DNA of 64,000 nt from Camelus ferus (Eukaryota), in assembly GCF_009834535.1 (NCBI RefSeq), contig NC_045696.1, forward strand, positions 8,558,001 through 8,622,000, read 5' to 3'. Positions 1 through 12,582 of the stretch are shown here, in pieces. Position 1 is the stretch's first letter; the number at the start of each line of letters is the position of its first letter. The notes beneath the pieces were generated by a model, which was not told the origin of the DNA, did not search any database, and was given only the letters and a program-made list of their open reading frames with translations. The translations under genes and the position numbers were made by a program.

Positions 1-1076
1 GATGGTGGAGGGATGAGGAGGGGAAGAGCCAACTGCGATTTAGAAGACTTGTTTGAGTGCTAGGAAGTTATCCCTCCAGGATCTTTGATTAAGTGCAACG
101 TTGCGCTACTGAATGTAGAATCAAAACATTCACATGCTTGTTCTCACAGATGAGCGGGCTAAACAGGATCTGGGTGGAAGAAGGTCTGCCTTTTTTTTTT
201 TTTTTTTTAACCCAGCGCCCTCTGGACCAGGTCTGCCCTGGATAAGTAGTTTAGTTGCAGAGTACCTCACCTCACCAGCCCCAGTTGGGTATAAGGGATG
301 CTGCTGATGGGAGCTCTCCTGTGTGACTGCCTGTGATCACACTTACCACAGATGCACGGTCTACACTGAGGTGAGTTGTTTCCACTTTTAATGTGGGACA
401 GCCTTTGGAAGGAAATAGTCCAAGAGTCAAGGAGACAGATTTCCCTCTTCATCTTTATTGAGACTTAATTTGCTGGCAATTACAGTGTCTTTACCATACA
501 CTTAGAGTTTCATTCATTTACACTCCAGGAAGAAGGATGACTCTTTATAACTTTTTAATTTAAATTATTGATGCTTAAAACCATTTCCTGCTTTCTCAGC
601 TTTGGTAATTGACTATTCAAGACAGGTGTGGGTTTGAGAAAGCCGTTTAGTTGGCATGAGGAGTGATGACTACAGGGAGCAGGCTGTTAATTTAACCCAC
701 AGATAATTATGAGCCATGTAGAACTCTAATATCTGCATTGGAGTACACAACTGGCTCCCAAAGTGCAGCTATTTTCTCTAGAAGCCAATGCCGGGGTTGG
801 GACATGAGTGATCTCCGTAGGTGTATGTTTGGGGTTTCTAAAGTAGACACTGAAGTACAAGTACAAGTACACTTCCTCTACCTCCTCTTTCCTCTGTACT
901 TCCTGTAGGCATCCACAGTGGTAAAATCTTGTACCAAATTCTTCTTGTAAGAGGTTTGCTCTTAGGAAGACCAAATAGCAACAGGTACAGGGGACAGATG
1001 GGCAAAGGTAATTCACGTGAGGCAAGATGTGCAGCCGTCAAAATCTAAAAAACTTAAATTAGAAATGATCAGATTT

Positions 1077-1892
1077 TTAAAAAGCATTTTTTAATTGAGT
1101 TATAGTCATTTTACAATGTTGTGTCAAATTCCAGTGTAGAGCACAATTTTTCAGTTATACATGAACATACGTGTATTCATTGTTACATTTTTTTCCTCTG
1201 TGAGCTACCACAAGATCTTGTATATATTTCCCTGTGCTATACAGTATAATCTTGTTTATCTATTCTGCATATGCCTGTCAGTATCTACAAATTTTGAACT
1301 TCCAGTCTGTCCCTTCCCACCTCCCGCCCCCTTGGCAACCACCAGTTTGTTTTCTATGTCTATGAGTCTGTTTCTGTTCTGTATTTATGTTCTTTTTTTC
1401 TTTTTTTAAGATTCAACATATGAATGATCTCATATGGTATTTTTCTTTCTCCTTCTGATTTATTTCACTCAGAATGACATTCTCTAGGGACATCCATGTT
1501 GCTGCAAATGGTGTTATGTTGTCATTTTTATGGCTAAATAGTATTCCATTGTAAAATATGCCACATCTTCTTTATCTAGTTATCTGTTGATGGACATTTA
1601 GTCTTTTTCCATGTCTTGGCTATTGTAAATAGTGCTACTATGAACATTGGGGTGCAGGTGTCATTTTGAAGCAGGGTTCCTTTTGGTTGTATGCCCAGGC
1701 ATGGGATTACTGGGTCATATGGTAAGTCTATTCCTAGTCTTTTGAGGAATCTCCATACTGTTTTCCACAGTGGCTGCATCAAGCTGCATTCCCACCAGCA
1801 GTGTAGGAGGGTTCCCTTTTCTCCACAGCCTCTCCAGTATTTGTCATTTGTGGACTTTTGAATGATGGCCATTCTGACTGGTGTGAGGTGAG
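1077..1892 (-). mobile_element. 5'-truncated young LINE-1 (ORF2 C-terminus + 3'UTR)
   Basis: ORF 1576-1872 gives the L1 ORF2 Cys-rich tail (HCWWEC...WKTVWRFLK...[16 protein letters not shown]). TSD gaaatgatcagattt (1062-1076) / gaaatgctcagattt (1893-1907). Confidence 0.95.
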
Positions 1893-1959
1893 GAAATGCT
1901 CAGATTTGGGATTAGATACGTCACTTTATTAGAGAGAGAGAGCAGGGCATGGCGTGAGT

Positions 1960-2700
1960 TCGGCAAACATTTTGAGAGAGTATACTATGTTTCGGGAGAT
2001 GTGCTAAACTCCCCAGAGACTCAGAAAAGAATAATACGTGGTCCTGAACCTCAAGAAATACAGGAATGTACCAGGGAAGAATGAATCTTAAACATCAAGT
2101 CATAACAGAAATGGGATAAGTGTTATAATTAAAGAAAGTACAAATAACAGAGGGCGTCTAGAGGAGGAGCCTGTTAATTTTTGGAGGAGGTGGGAAATGA
2201 TGACATTGCAAGGAAGTGACATTTGAGCTAAGCTGAAAGGTAAGGGGCGGGGATTTGTCAGGTGGGGAAGGAAGAGGGAGTGTGAATTCCTGGAGTGGCC
2301 GAAGTAGAAGACACAAGCTGGCTGTTAGATTGTTAGTGAGAGCCATTTAGAAGGCAACTGAAATCTTTTGGGAGACTGATGATAAGGGAATGGTGCTGCT
2401 AGTGTTGAGTGGGACTGATTCAAGCAGACATTTTGGAGGTAAGTGATGGCTGTTGGGGAACCCATCGATGCAGAAGTTTAGGGAGAGAGACAGGAGATAA
2501 GAATAATTACAATGTTTCCAGCTTAGGTATGAATAGGTGGACACTAAAACCCTTAACGTAAGTAGAGAAGTTTTAGGGATGATTCAACTTTGGCCATGGT
2601 AAGTTTGACTTTACGGAAGAGGTATCCTGGGAGAGATGGCTGGTTGGCATTGGGACTGTGTATTGGTAGTCAGGATAGGAAGCAACTCTGATGATCTACA
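1960..2700 (-). mobile_element. LINE-2 3' relic
   Basis: Degenerate L2 hallmarks (caaacattt.gagagagtatactatg, ggaagtgacatttgagctaagctgaaagg, caatgtttccagcttagg). Boundaries approximate. Confidence 0.65.
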
Positions 2701-5696
2701 GGTATTAATTCGTTATTCTAATTTCAAGCAATTAGCCTATTTAGGAATGATGTTAGGCTTTCTGGCACTCAGGTTTGAAACCCTCATTAATGTATTCTTC
2801 ATCATATTTCTTTTTGCTTTGGTTCAAAGAAATGAAGTCCCCTCATTATCTGATGAGGTCCTACATTTCTACTTCTTTCGGCTCTGGAGAAGGACCATCA
2901 CAGTTAAACTATGTACCGCTGCAATACATTGTGAATCCCCAGAAAGATATTTATGTTTGAAGAGCCAGTCTAAAGAGTTATTTAAAACTTCAACGTGTAT
3001 TAAAGGGAAGCACCTAAAGAGTTACTTGTGAATAAATACCTTTCTCTCTCTCTCTCTTTTTCCCCTAGTGAAAGTAACTAGTAGCCTAATGAGACATCAT
3101 TCAATTGTTTGTGTAACCCTGGGGAAAGGGATTGGTGTTTCCATCTGAACATTGCTTCTTTCTGCCTCTTCTCCTTATGATATGCCGTGGCTCCCCGTGG
3201 ATGGAGGGATACAGTCAAAAAGTTGCAGGCTGAGTTTGAAGTCTCCACGGGTCTCGACCCCCTTCACCTCTACAACCCATCTTGTGTAACTGTCACTAAT
3301 AAAAACTCCCGTTCAAGCCCATGGGATCTTCTTACCTTCACCCAAGTAGGACACAGACATTTCTGCTCTGATGCCTGCTCAGGGTCATCCATATCGTCTT
3401 TGAGTCTAGAGCCTTCCTGGTACCCAGAGCTGGTGCCTCGGCGTATTATCTGACGGGCGCTGTGAAGCCAGTGGCAGTTTTCAATATGATCTGACGATCT
3501 GGTTTTTTTCAGGAGGGTATCTCCAGGAAGGGTGCTGCCAAGTGGAAAGCATTTCAGGAGGCCTTTCAAGGGTCCAGGTTGAGTGGGGAGGAAGCAGAAA
3601 CAAATTGGATTCCAGGAGAGAGGAGTCAAGTTAGACATTCCCTACACAGTGTCACTGTCAACTGATGGCCCTTGGTTGCTTTTCAGATTTCTCTTTTAGA
3701 TGATGGTGGAGATGGGGGAGTCCTTTTATGAAAAGCGGGAAAACAGGAAGAGGGACAGTGAGCAAGAAATACAAGTACACAATCTGGCTTGGGGCAAATC
3801 AACTCATGGTGTCTGGAATATCCAGGTGGACTTGGTCAGTTGGAAGCTGAGAATACCACTCTCAAGAGAAGCCAGAAGAAAAGGATATAAAATAACTATA
3901 AAAAGCACCACAAATATTTGCATGCTAATTGTGGCTTCTAAAAGCTTTGAGGGGGCTTGAAAACAGTTTATTTTTCACATAGTTTCAGCATTATTCTTGC
4001 CATGCTGTTTTTAAAATACTGTTTGCAGTGTCTATGAAGAAAACGCTTGCTTAGCACTCTAACCCATATTAATCAGAAATTCCAAATTTGTGGCATCAGA
4101 ATTACAAGGAGTTTCATATTATATAATTAGAAGAAGATTCCAGTCTTTGGTTCATTGACTCTTGAGCCATATTACAGTCTTGTTGTATTTGATAATGACA
4201 TAGCAGACATTCTATCAGAACTTGGATATCTGGAGAGAGATTCCAAAATGCTTTAATCTTGTCACAAATCAGAAGCAGCTGCTCTTTATAAAAAGGAAAG
4301 CTCGTGTTTGGATGGTCCACAGAAAAGCCAATGTGACTTACAGTCTTAAATAACACATTCTAGGGTTTTCAGTTGGCAGGTGTTCTCTGTCAAAAACTCC
4401 CTCCCTATGTTGATTCTTGCTGGCTTTATTTCTTTAGATGTCTCTCAAACTGCAAATTGCATCTGTGTAATGAACTTGATCATAAACACTTAGGCACTTT
4501 ATGGCTAAGGCTAGGCCCTATCTTGAGACTTTTACCCACTGGAGAAAACAGATACATGGAAAATGTAATTTGAATACAGCTTGTCCCCTCTAAGTGGCGG
4601 AGTAACTAAAGAGAGGACTGTTATTATCGTCAGTCAGTCAAGGACTGCAAGTGCTGAGCTTACAAACCTTCTGATGGTTCTATGATGACATGAAACTGCT
4701 GTAGTAGAAAGTCTAAAACTAACAAGGGTATTAGCTTCATTGATTTTCTGAAAATGGGAAAGAAAAAAAAAAGCGCTCAGCTAAGTCCAGGAAAGAGATT
4801 TAATACAACTGTCTTTTAATAATATTAAGTTTCCTAGAATCAATATTTTCTCCCCCTCATATTATACTATGGGTTACTACACACCAGTTGCTATGTAGGA
4901 GAATGGGAATCAATATAAGGCTTACCTTCTTTCGAGACTATTTCAAAGACCTGCATAATGGAGCATAGATTAGGAAGAATGAGATTGAATTTTAAGTACA
5001 CTGATGTTATGCGATCATCTTCAGCCAGGGGAATATAGATTATTCTGAGGCTCATGGGACCCATGGGGCTCAGGGTGAAAGATGCCAGTTACAGGTTAGC
5101 TCACAGAACTCCAGTGGCTGTGGTTTCTTCTATGACTGCTTACCAAATGCTAAAGACAGGCCCTTGGAGGGCACTCCTTAATCTTCAGATACTCTAAGGG
5201 GTAGTGTTGAGCAGAGATGAGGGTATGTTCTTTATAAAGTTTAGCCTGGTGACTTTAAAATTATGCTAGATCCAGCCTGTTTTAACTCACTCTAGTATAG
5301 AAACCCCCTTTCTACTTAGCTTTATTTTATTTTTCTTTCTTTTCTTTTTTTTTATTAAATCAATAAAAAATGTTAAAAAATTTTTTTCTTTACTTTAGAA
5401 AATCAAATGGATATCTCTTAGCCGATAAAAATCACTCTTGATAGAATCAGGGAAAATTATTTACAACAGCGCTAAAATGACATTTTAAATTATTTCTCTA
5501 TGAAAAATACTCAAAATTAGCACACAAATATCAAAACCTCAGATTTTTAGAGAGGATAGAGCACATTAGTTTTTGAGTGTTGATTAATAATGGGTTTAGT
5601 CTCTTATTTTAACAGATTGACTTGAAAAAAAATCCTGGAGATTTAGTGGGATGTTGACATTTACAAGTCACATTTGTTAAAAAAAAAATTATTTGA

Positions 5697-6223
5697 ATGA
5701 CCCAGCAATCCCACTCCTGGGTATACACCCTAGAGAAATGAACCTTATGTTCATACAACAGCCTATGTGTGAGTGTTTATGCCACTTTATTCATAATTGC
5801 CAAGATGTGGAAGTAAACCAGATTTCCTTCATCAGATGAATGGTTAAACCAACTGTGGTATGTCCATACCATGGAATACTGTTTAGTAATGAAAAGAAAC
5901 AGACAATAATTTTGACGATGATTATCAGAGATATTGTGCTGATTGAAAAAGAGCCACTTCCAAACAGCTAAATGTTCTATAATTCCATTTACATGACATT
6001 TTCCAAAAAGATCAGAACAGACCTGGAGAACAGATTAGTAGTTATAGGGGCTGTGGTGTGAGAAGGATATGACCATAAAGGAAATTTTTTAGGGTGATGG
6101 AACTGGTCAGTATCCAGATTGTGGTGGTGGTTAGACAAATACATACCTGTGCTATAATCCATAGACCTGAATGCCAAAGGGGAAAGAAGGTTGACTTTAT
6201 TATATAATTTAAAAATTAAAATA
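5697..6223 (+). mobile_element. Ancient L1 (L1MC/L1MD-like) 3' end
   Basis: atgacccagcaatcccactcctgggtata...gtggtatgtccataccatggaatact...gggtgatggaactg...gattgtggtggtggtt, followed by an A-rich end. Confidence 0.85.
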
Positions 6224-6524
6224 GAAAAATTGCCCTTACCTTGGCTTATTTTTGGATTTGGACACAGCTGCATTAATATGATCATTCTGTAAAAATAAGT
6301 GTCAGATATCATAGATAGAACCCCAAATGTAGGTAGCTATTGACACACACGTAGATAGGTTCTGGAGGAAGCCTTGTGGTAGTTTAGTAGGAAGTTGCTT
6401 GTGTGTTACTCTCCAGTGACTTAAGCATAACCTGCAAGTCCCCCAGTAATTATTATGGACAGGTCAGTCGTCATGGTCATAAGATGGCACATTTGAATGT
6501 TGTATAATTCTTGGCATTTTCCCA

Positions 6525-6670
6525 TCTTCTCATTTTAGTACTACAAAGTAGGTAGGGCAGGAATCCTCATCAGAGTTTTGTAGCTGTGAGAAACTGAGGC
6601 ATGGAGAGGTTAGGGAACTGGTCTCAGGCTACCAACTGATGAGTAGCTGGGACTAATGCCCAGCACATGT
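6525..6670 (-). mobile_element. MIR SINE fragment
   Basis: Core gagaaactgaggcatggagaggttaggga matches the reverse of the MIR core. Confidence 0.7.
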
Positions 6671-8286
6671 GAATCTGGAAAGTTCTAAATTTAGGGTTTA
6701 TTTTTAATTTTTAAAATTTTAAATAAAATTTAAAACATTTGCACTAGCCTAGCTCTGGGTGATGTCTTGCAAGCTGGAAATCCCTGAGACAACCGTGACA
6801 CTGATATATGTAGTCAAAGAGCCTCATATCACAACATGCCCAGGAAACAAACAACACATCACCTGGCTACAGGAGAATAATATAAGAAATTCCAAATCCT
6901 TCCTCATCTTTACATTTTTGGCTTAGCTGGAGACATTTGCTAAATTTCTTGAACTGGGTTATCTCACTTTAAAAAAGAGAAAGCAATAAATTGAGGGTTT
7001 AGCTCGGTGAAACAGATGCAGGGCAGGGAGAGAGTGGATCTTACCCACTGCCACATTTTAAAAGGACAGCTGCAGAAAACAAAGGGGGTTCTGCTGGACT
7101 GAAGCTCATGCAACAAGCACTCTGGCTTTAGCCCAGAGACAGGCAGCATCAGTCAGGAAACAGCCCACTGCCCTGCGAGTGGAGCAGCAAGCAGTTCCCT
7201 TTTCTGAGAGGAAGTCGCTATTTTGAGCACTTAAATTTGAGCTGGATCCCATGAGACTGAAAGGTGGGCCTTTCTTTACATCTTGTCTTCCATCCTTCCA
7301 ATTCCAGAGCTCTGTGCTTCTAATCTCACCTGTGTGAGGAAGGTGCTAGAAGTTCTGCGGGAGGCCTGGGGGAAAAGCCAGGGTCCTGGCTTTTTGATTC
7401 CATTCTGAAGAGTGGGTAGCAGACCTGAGAGCAAGTGGAAACAGAGCAAAACAAACAACAAATCAAATTAATCCCCACAAAAGTCTTCCTTTCCTCCAGA
7501 GATGGCACACTGTAATCGCACGGTTCTAATGTCTAGAAAGGTTTGCAGAACGTTTGGGAATTCACAAATGAGTGAGTGGATAAGAGTGTGAGCAATGCAC
7601 CTGGGTGCCAGGGGAGGTGGAACCTTACTGGTCTCTTGTTTCTCCAAGGCCTGGGTATGTGGGTCAGGTTCATAGATCCGCACTGCTGCCTGTCACTCTT
7701 CTACGATGACAAAGTGCCCCTTTGTGCGATTTCTGTCACTGGACCAGATAAGAAGAGTGCCTCTCTTCCTGTGAGTGTGCTGCAGGTTTTCAGTCATTTT
7801 CCACGCTAGCTGCTTGTAAGGATGTGTTGGTGTGTTGGCCAACGAGGAAACAAACTCAGCTTAGCGGATCAGAGTCCCCCTGTGCGTGAGTGAGGTGTCA
7901 GCTGAGAGGTGGACGCTGCTCGGGTCTGGGGGCAAGTAAAACGCTAGTTGGTGTCCCCTGATCCTTTCCTTATATCCGCCCACCTATGCTGGAATCTCCC
8001 ATTATTGCATCAGGACACCTGCAGATACAAAGAGATGAAATGAGTCTCCTTTTGGGATCTTTCTTGTTTTCATCTCTGTCCCTCCTTATCTCACTCCGTC
8101 ATCCGTTATCTCATCCTCCCCCCAACCCCACCCCATTTGTCCATTTGTTTCTCTTCCTTTGCATCTTTCTCTGGGAATCTTCTTTCTTCTACTGTAGGTG
8201 GTGATTGCATTTTGAATGCATGGCATGCAATAAGGTTTCTCCGAAAAAGATTCCTCGAAACGCTCATAGAGTAAAATGTATCTCTC

Positions 8287-9031
8287 TGTGGGATATGGAG
8301 AAAAGGAAACCCTCCTATGTTGTTGGTGGGATGTAAATTGGTGCAGCCACTGTGGAGAACAGTACAGAGGTTCCTTAAAAAAACTAAAAGTAGACTTACC
8401 ATATGATCCAGCAATCCCACTCCTGGGCACATATCCAGAGAAAACTATAATTTGAAAAGATACGTATACCCCAGTGTTCATAGCAGCACTATATATAATA
8501 GCCAAGACCTATTGGAAACAATCTAAATGTCCATCAACAGATGAATGGGTAAAGAAGATGTGGTATATATACATAATGGAACACTACTCAGCCATAAAAA
8601 AGAATGAAATAATGCCATTTACAGCAACATGGATGGACCTAGAGATTATCATATTAACTGCATTATATCAGACAAAGACAAATATCGTATGATATCACTT
8701 ACATGTGAAATCTAAAAAAGGATGGCAATTTTATTTACAAAACAGAAACAGACTTATGGACATAGAAAACAAACTACAGTTACCAAAGGGGAAAAGGGGT
8801 GAGGGATAAATTAGGGGTTTGGGATTAACAGACACACACTACTATATATAAAACAGATAAACAACAAGGACCTACTGTATAGCACAGGGAACTATATTCA
8901 ATTTCTTGTAATAAACTATAATGGAAAAGAATCTGAAAATATATGTATATATATAACTAAATCACTTCACTGTACACCTGAAACTAACATTATAAATCAA
9001 CTACACTTCAGTGAAAAATAAAATTAAAAAA
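8287..9031 (+). mobile_element. 5'-truncated LINE-1 (ORF2 end + 3'UTR + A tail)
   Basis: ORF 8474-8692 (MFIAALYIIAKTYWKQSKCPSTDEWVKKMWY) is a frameshifted ORF2 end. 3'UTR ctgtatagcacagggaactatattcaa; tail aaaaataaaattaaaaaa. Confidence 0.93.
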
Positions 9032-9995
9032 GAGGTTTCTCTCTTTGAAAGTAATTTCAGAATTGTTGATAACATTTTTGTGTTTATAAGCATTTTTCAG
9101 GCCAATGATCCACATGAAACTTTTCCAGCCTTTGCTCCAAGTCTCAGCTCACTCCACTTTGCTGCCACCAGAGATGAAACACTTGTAATTGGACTCAGGC
9201 AGCTCGATCTGTGGAGTTATTACTGTCTGTTAGTCTACAGATTCCAAAGTGATGATCTTACAAACGTTGAAACAAAATTAATTATGACAGTGCCACAGGC
9301 CAACTTTAACTCAGAAATTATATATCTGTTTGCTGACTCTAATCTGCTCCTGACATGCGCTCAGGCCTCTCTCTTACAGAACTCCTGGTGCGACTCAGCC
9401 GGGCGTTCTGGGAGCAGCTCATCAGCTGTCCTGGCCAACAAAGCTTTCCTCCCAAATAAAGGGCTTCCCTGATTCAGACGGTTCCCTCTCAGATGGCAAG
9501 TGCCACTCTGCTCGTTGGTTCTGGCAGACGACCAGCTGTGGGAAGGAGAGAGCTGTTCACAACAGCCCATCTTCTACCCAGATTAGTATCTTTTAACCTC
9601 CTTCTCCAGAAAGCAGCAGTCACTCTCTGTCTTCCAAAGGACGCAAACCTCAGCTTTCCCTATTTGTGGGGAAAATATTACACCAAGATTCGAGTTTCTC
9701 TCTGCATTGAAATTTGGGGAGAAAATAATGAAAATTGATAAAAGAACAGTATTGTTTCATCATATAGTACGATTTTTTATAGCTGGCATTCAGTGCCCCA
9801 GCGATTCTGGGATGGGACTTCTGCTGAAATGAATTAAAGTGGGGAGTTACGTATGCAAATACACTCTTTTTGTTGTTATTTTAATAGAGCATACACAGAC
9901 AGGTCAGATGATCTCAGATAACCTGGCCTCTTCTTGAATGTTATGGCTACCTCTTGTCTCTAATCACTTTTGGGCACAGTGTCTCTCTTCTAGAT

Positions 9996-10034
9996 TATGT
10001 ATGTATGTATGTATGTATGTATGTATGTATGTAT
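9996..10034. repeat. (TATG)n microsatellite
   Basis: About 9 tandem TATG units next to the tail of an L1 fragment. Confidence 0.95.
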
Positions 10035-10044
10035 TAGATACATG

Positions 10045-10198
10045 TTTTTATTGAAGGATAGTCAGTTTACAATGTTGTGTCAATTTCTGGTGTACAGCAC
10101 AATGCTTCAGTCATACATGAACATACAGATACTCATTTTCATGTTCTTTTTCACCATAAGTTACGACAAGACATTGAATATAGTTCCCTGTGCTGTGC
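10045..10198 (-). mobile_element. Short L1 3'UTR fragment
   Basis: tagtcagtttacaatgttgtgtcaatttctggtgtacagc...gaatatagttccctgtgct is shared with other L1 3' ends in the window. Confidence 0.88.
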
Positions 10199-10369
10199 CA
10201 TTATATTATTTGTATTGCTCTTCAATTTCTCTGTCATTTTTAATGTGATGGATCCACACTGTGCCCAGTCCATCTGGTCTGAAGCCCTCAGGAAGTAGGC
10301 TGAGTCAGGTTGTTCATTGGATCACAATGACTTTGAAACTAATTTCGATAATTTCATGCTGTTTGAAGA

Positions 10370-10670
10370 CACTCTATGGAGTCCAGCCTGTCCAGTTTCT
10401 TCCTGGTGCCAGATCCTCCCCTGAGCATTCTTGCCTCTACACGTTCTGAGCATTCTTTGCTCCTCCCCTTATAGTCAAAGCTGTCTTCCTTTCAAAGACA
10501 AGCTGAACCAAGTTCCTTCTCTAAAGCTGTCCCCTACCTTCACCAAGTCTCATCTCCCTTCTCACGACTCTGACAATGTAACTTTCTGTGCTTTGCCTTC
10601 GGATCCTTATTGTACCTTGATCAGATCACTCGTTAAGGTTTTGTGTGCATATCTTGCCTCCTTGGGGACA
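10370..10670 (+). mobile_element. Possible L2 relic
   Basis: Pyrimidine-rich L2-like phrases (cctttcaaagacaagct, ccttctctaaagctgtcccc, gcatatcttgcctcc). Confidence 0.4.
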
Positions 10671-11267
10671 TGATGTAACTTCAGATCTCAGTCTTTGCCA
10701 ACAAGTCTTCAGTAGATCCCCTGCCCCCACATCCAGCTTTTAGCTCAACTTAAGACGTAGTCTTATACTTTGACCTATTTATTTGAAATAGCTGATCAAA
10801 TAGTGGAATTCAACCCCATACCATCACCTCTGAACCAAAGTTGACCAAAGGCAGAAATTTAAATACACAAAGATACAAACCTAACATGGGTGTGGAAAGG
10901 AACTGTGCTAGACTGAATCTTATAGAAAGCAGTTCCTGGGATTCAAGAGAGGACCATTTGATGGTTAGTGTTGAGACTGATCTGTGATGTTTGAAACGAC
11001 CCTTTAGCAGGCGGTTGGGGTACCTGGGGCAGGTATGTGCTATCGTGGCATTAATGGAAACCTACAGTTTCTTGCTAAAGGGATTACACGTATATATTCT
11101 GTATTCCTCCAAACACAGCTTGGGAAATGTTCATTTAAAGTAACCTGGTTGGTTTTGAAGCATGCGTTTAGGATGGAGTTATACTCCCCTGAAGTAGAAG
11201 TACTTCCTATTTTGGTCAATTTGAGATTTAAGGAGAAAGTTCATCAACTTTTTGAGTCTTAAGGCAA

Positions 11268-12192
11268 TATCCTGTTTGGGTTGGGCATGGACAATTACCA
11301 CCAGAACCTCAGTGGCTTAACACAGTAAGACTTTATTATTATTTCACACGGTTTTGTGAAAGGGCAGTGGGGCTCTGCTCCAAATAGTCACTCCTTACCC
11401 CCAGTGGTGGTCTTCAGAAATGTCCCCTCTCCACTGCCTCCACATCCTTTGACACTGCTCTGATGGAGAAAGGGTACCATGTCCCCTGTCCTTGAATCTG
11501 GCCAGCTAGTTGCTGCTTCAGCTAATAGTGTATGGCAGATGCGACATGCATGGCTTCCAAGCTGGCTCCAAATGTCTATGTAGTTTCCTCCTTTGCTGGG
11601 ATATTTGCACTCGGAGCCCTGGGAGCCCTGGGAGCCCTGGGCTGCCATGTATGAAATCTGACTGCCTTAATGTCGCCATGTTGGGAGCAAGTCCTCACCA
11701 CCTGGAGAGACTAGAGTGGGCACTCTGGGTGACAGTCTTAGCCTTTGAGTCATCACGTTCCCAGCACCAGACATGTGCATAAATGAGCCTTCAGATGATT
11801 CTAGACCTTAGCCATTGAGTTTCCCCAGCCTCAGACATGATGGAGCATCGACGAGTCATCTGGTCTTTACCCTGTTCAAAATCCCAACCCACAGCATCCA
11901 TGCGCAGATGTCAGTGCTTGCTTAAAGTCATTCAGTTCTTCTGCAGGGACGGTAACCAGAATATCACCTAGGACACCACCACGGGGAGCTCAGGGCTTAC
12001 TCTGGTAGGGTAAGAGACAACGGGAGAGCTGAGCAACAGCAGTGACATGCTTTGGCCTGGAAGTGACGTGCTTCATATTTCATTAGCCATGAGACGTAGC
12101 CAAGCTGAATGTCAAGGATATGGAGAAGTGTCATGAAGACATCACTAGAAGTAGACAAGAACTAGAAATTGGTGAACACCAGTAACATCCAC
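11268..12192 (-). mobile_element. Old MaLR LTR (MLT1J/K-like), interrupted by another MLT1
   Basis: Left part aacctcagtggcttaacacagtaagactttatt; right part ggcctggaagtgacgtgcttca...cattagcca...gccaagctgaatgtcaagg...ggtgaaca. Confidence 0.55.
11404..11963 (+). mobile_element. MaLR solo LTR (MLT1G/H-like)
   Basis: tcccctgtccttgaatctgg, ccatgtatgaaatctgactgcc, gccttcagatgattctag, aatcccaacccacagcatccatg, end gtaaccagaata. Internal (ggagccctgg)x3 at ~11613-11642. Confidence 0.75.
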
Positions 12193-12222
12193 CTCTGAAA
12201 GCTGATAACCCCATGCCTCCCG

Positions 12223-12582
12223 TGATGCACTGATCGTGTGCCCCCCACCCCACCCACATTCATTTGTTGAAGCATTGACTTCCAGTGTGATGCTGTTTGG
12301 AGGTGGGGCTTTGGAAGTTCCTTAGGTTTAGATGATGTCATGAGGATGGGGTCTTCATGGTGAGATTAGCGCCTTTATAAAAACAGACTCTAGAGAGCTT
12401 TCTCTCTCTCTCTCCCTGCTGTGTGAGGACACAGGAGAAGGCAGCTGTCCACAAGCCAAGAAGAGAGCTCCCACCAGAAACTGACCAGGACTTCTAGACT
12501 CGAGGGCTGTGAGAAAATAAATTTTCATTGTTTAGGCCACTCAGTCTAGGCATTTTGTTATGACACTGAAACTGACTAAGAC
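12223..12582 (+). mobile_element. MaLR solo LTR (MLT1A/B-like)
   Basis: attcatttgttgaagc, tttggaggtggggc, gtgaggacacaggagaaggcagctgtccacaagccaagaagagag, ctgtgagaaaataaatt; canonical end ctaagaca. Confidence 0.88.

Noticed and set aside
9011..9472. 153-aa ORF
   Set aside because: It starts at a GTG inside an L1 tail and has no recognisable domain or convincing exon structure.
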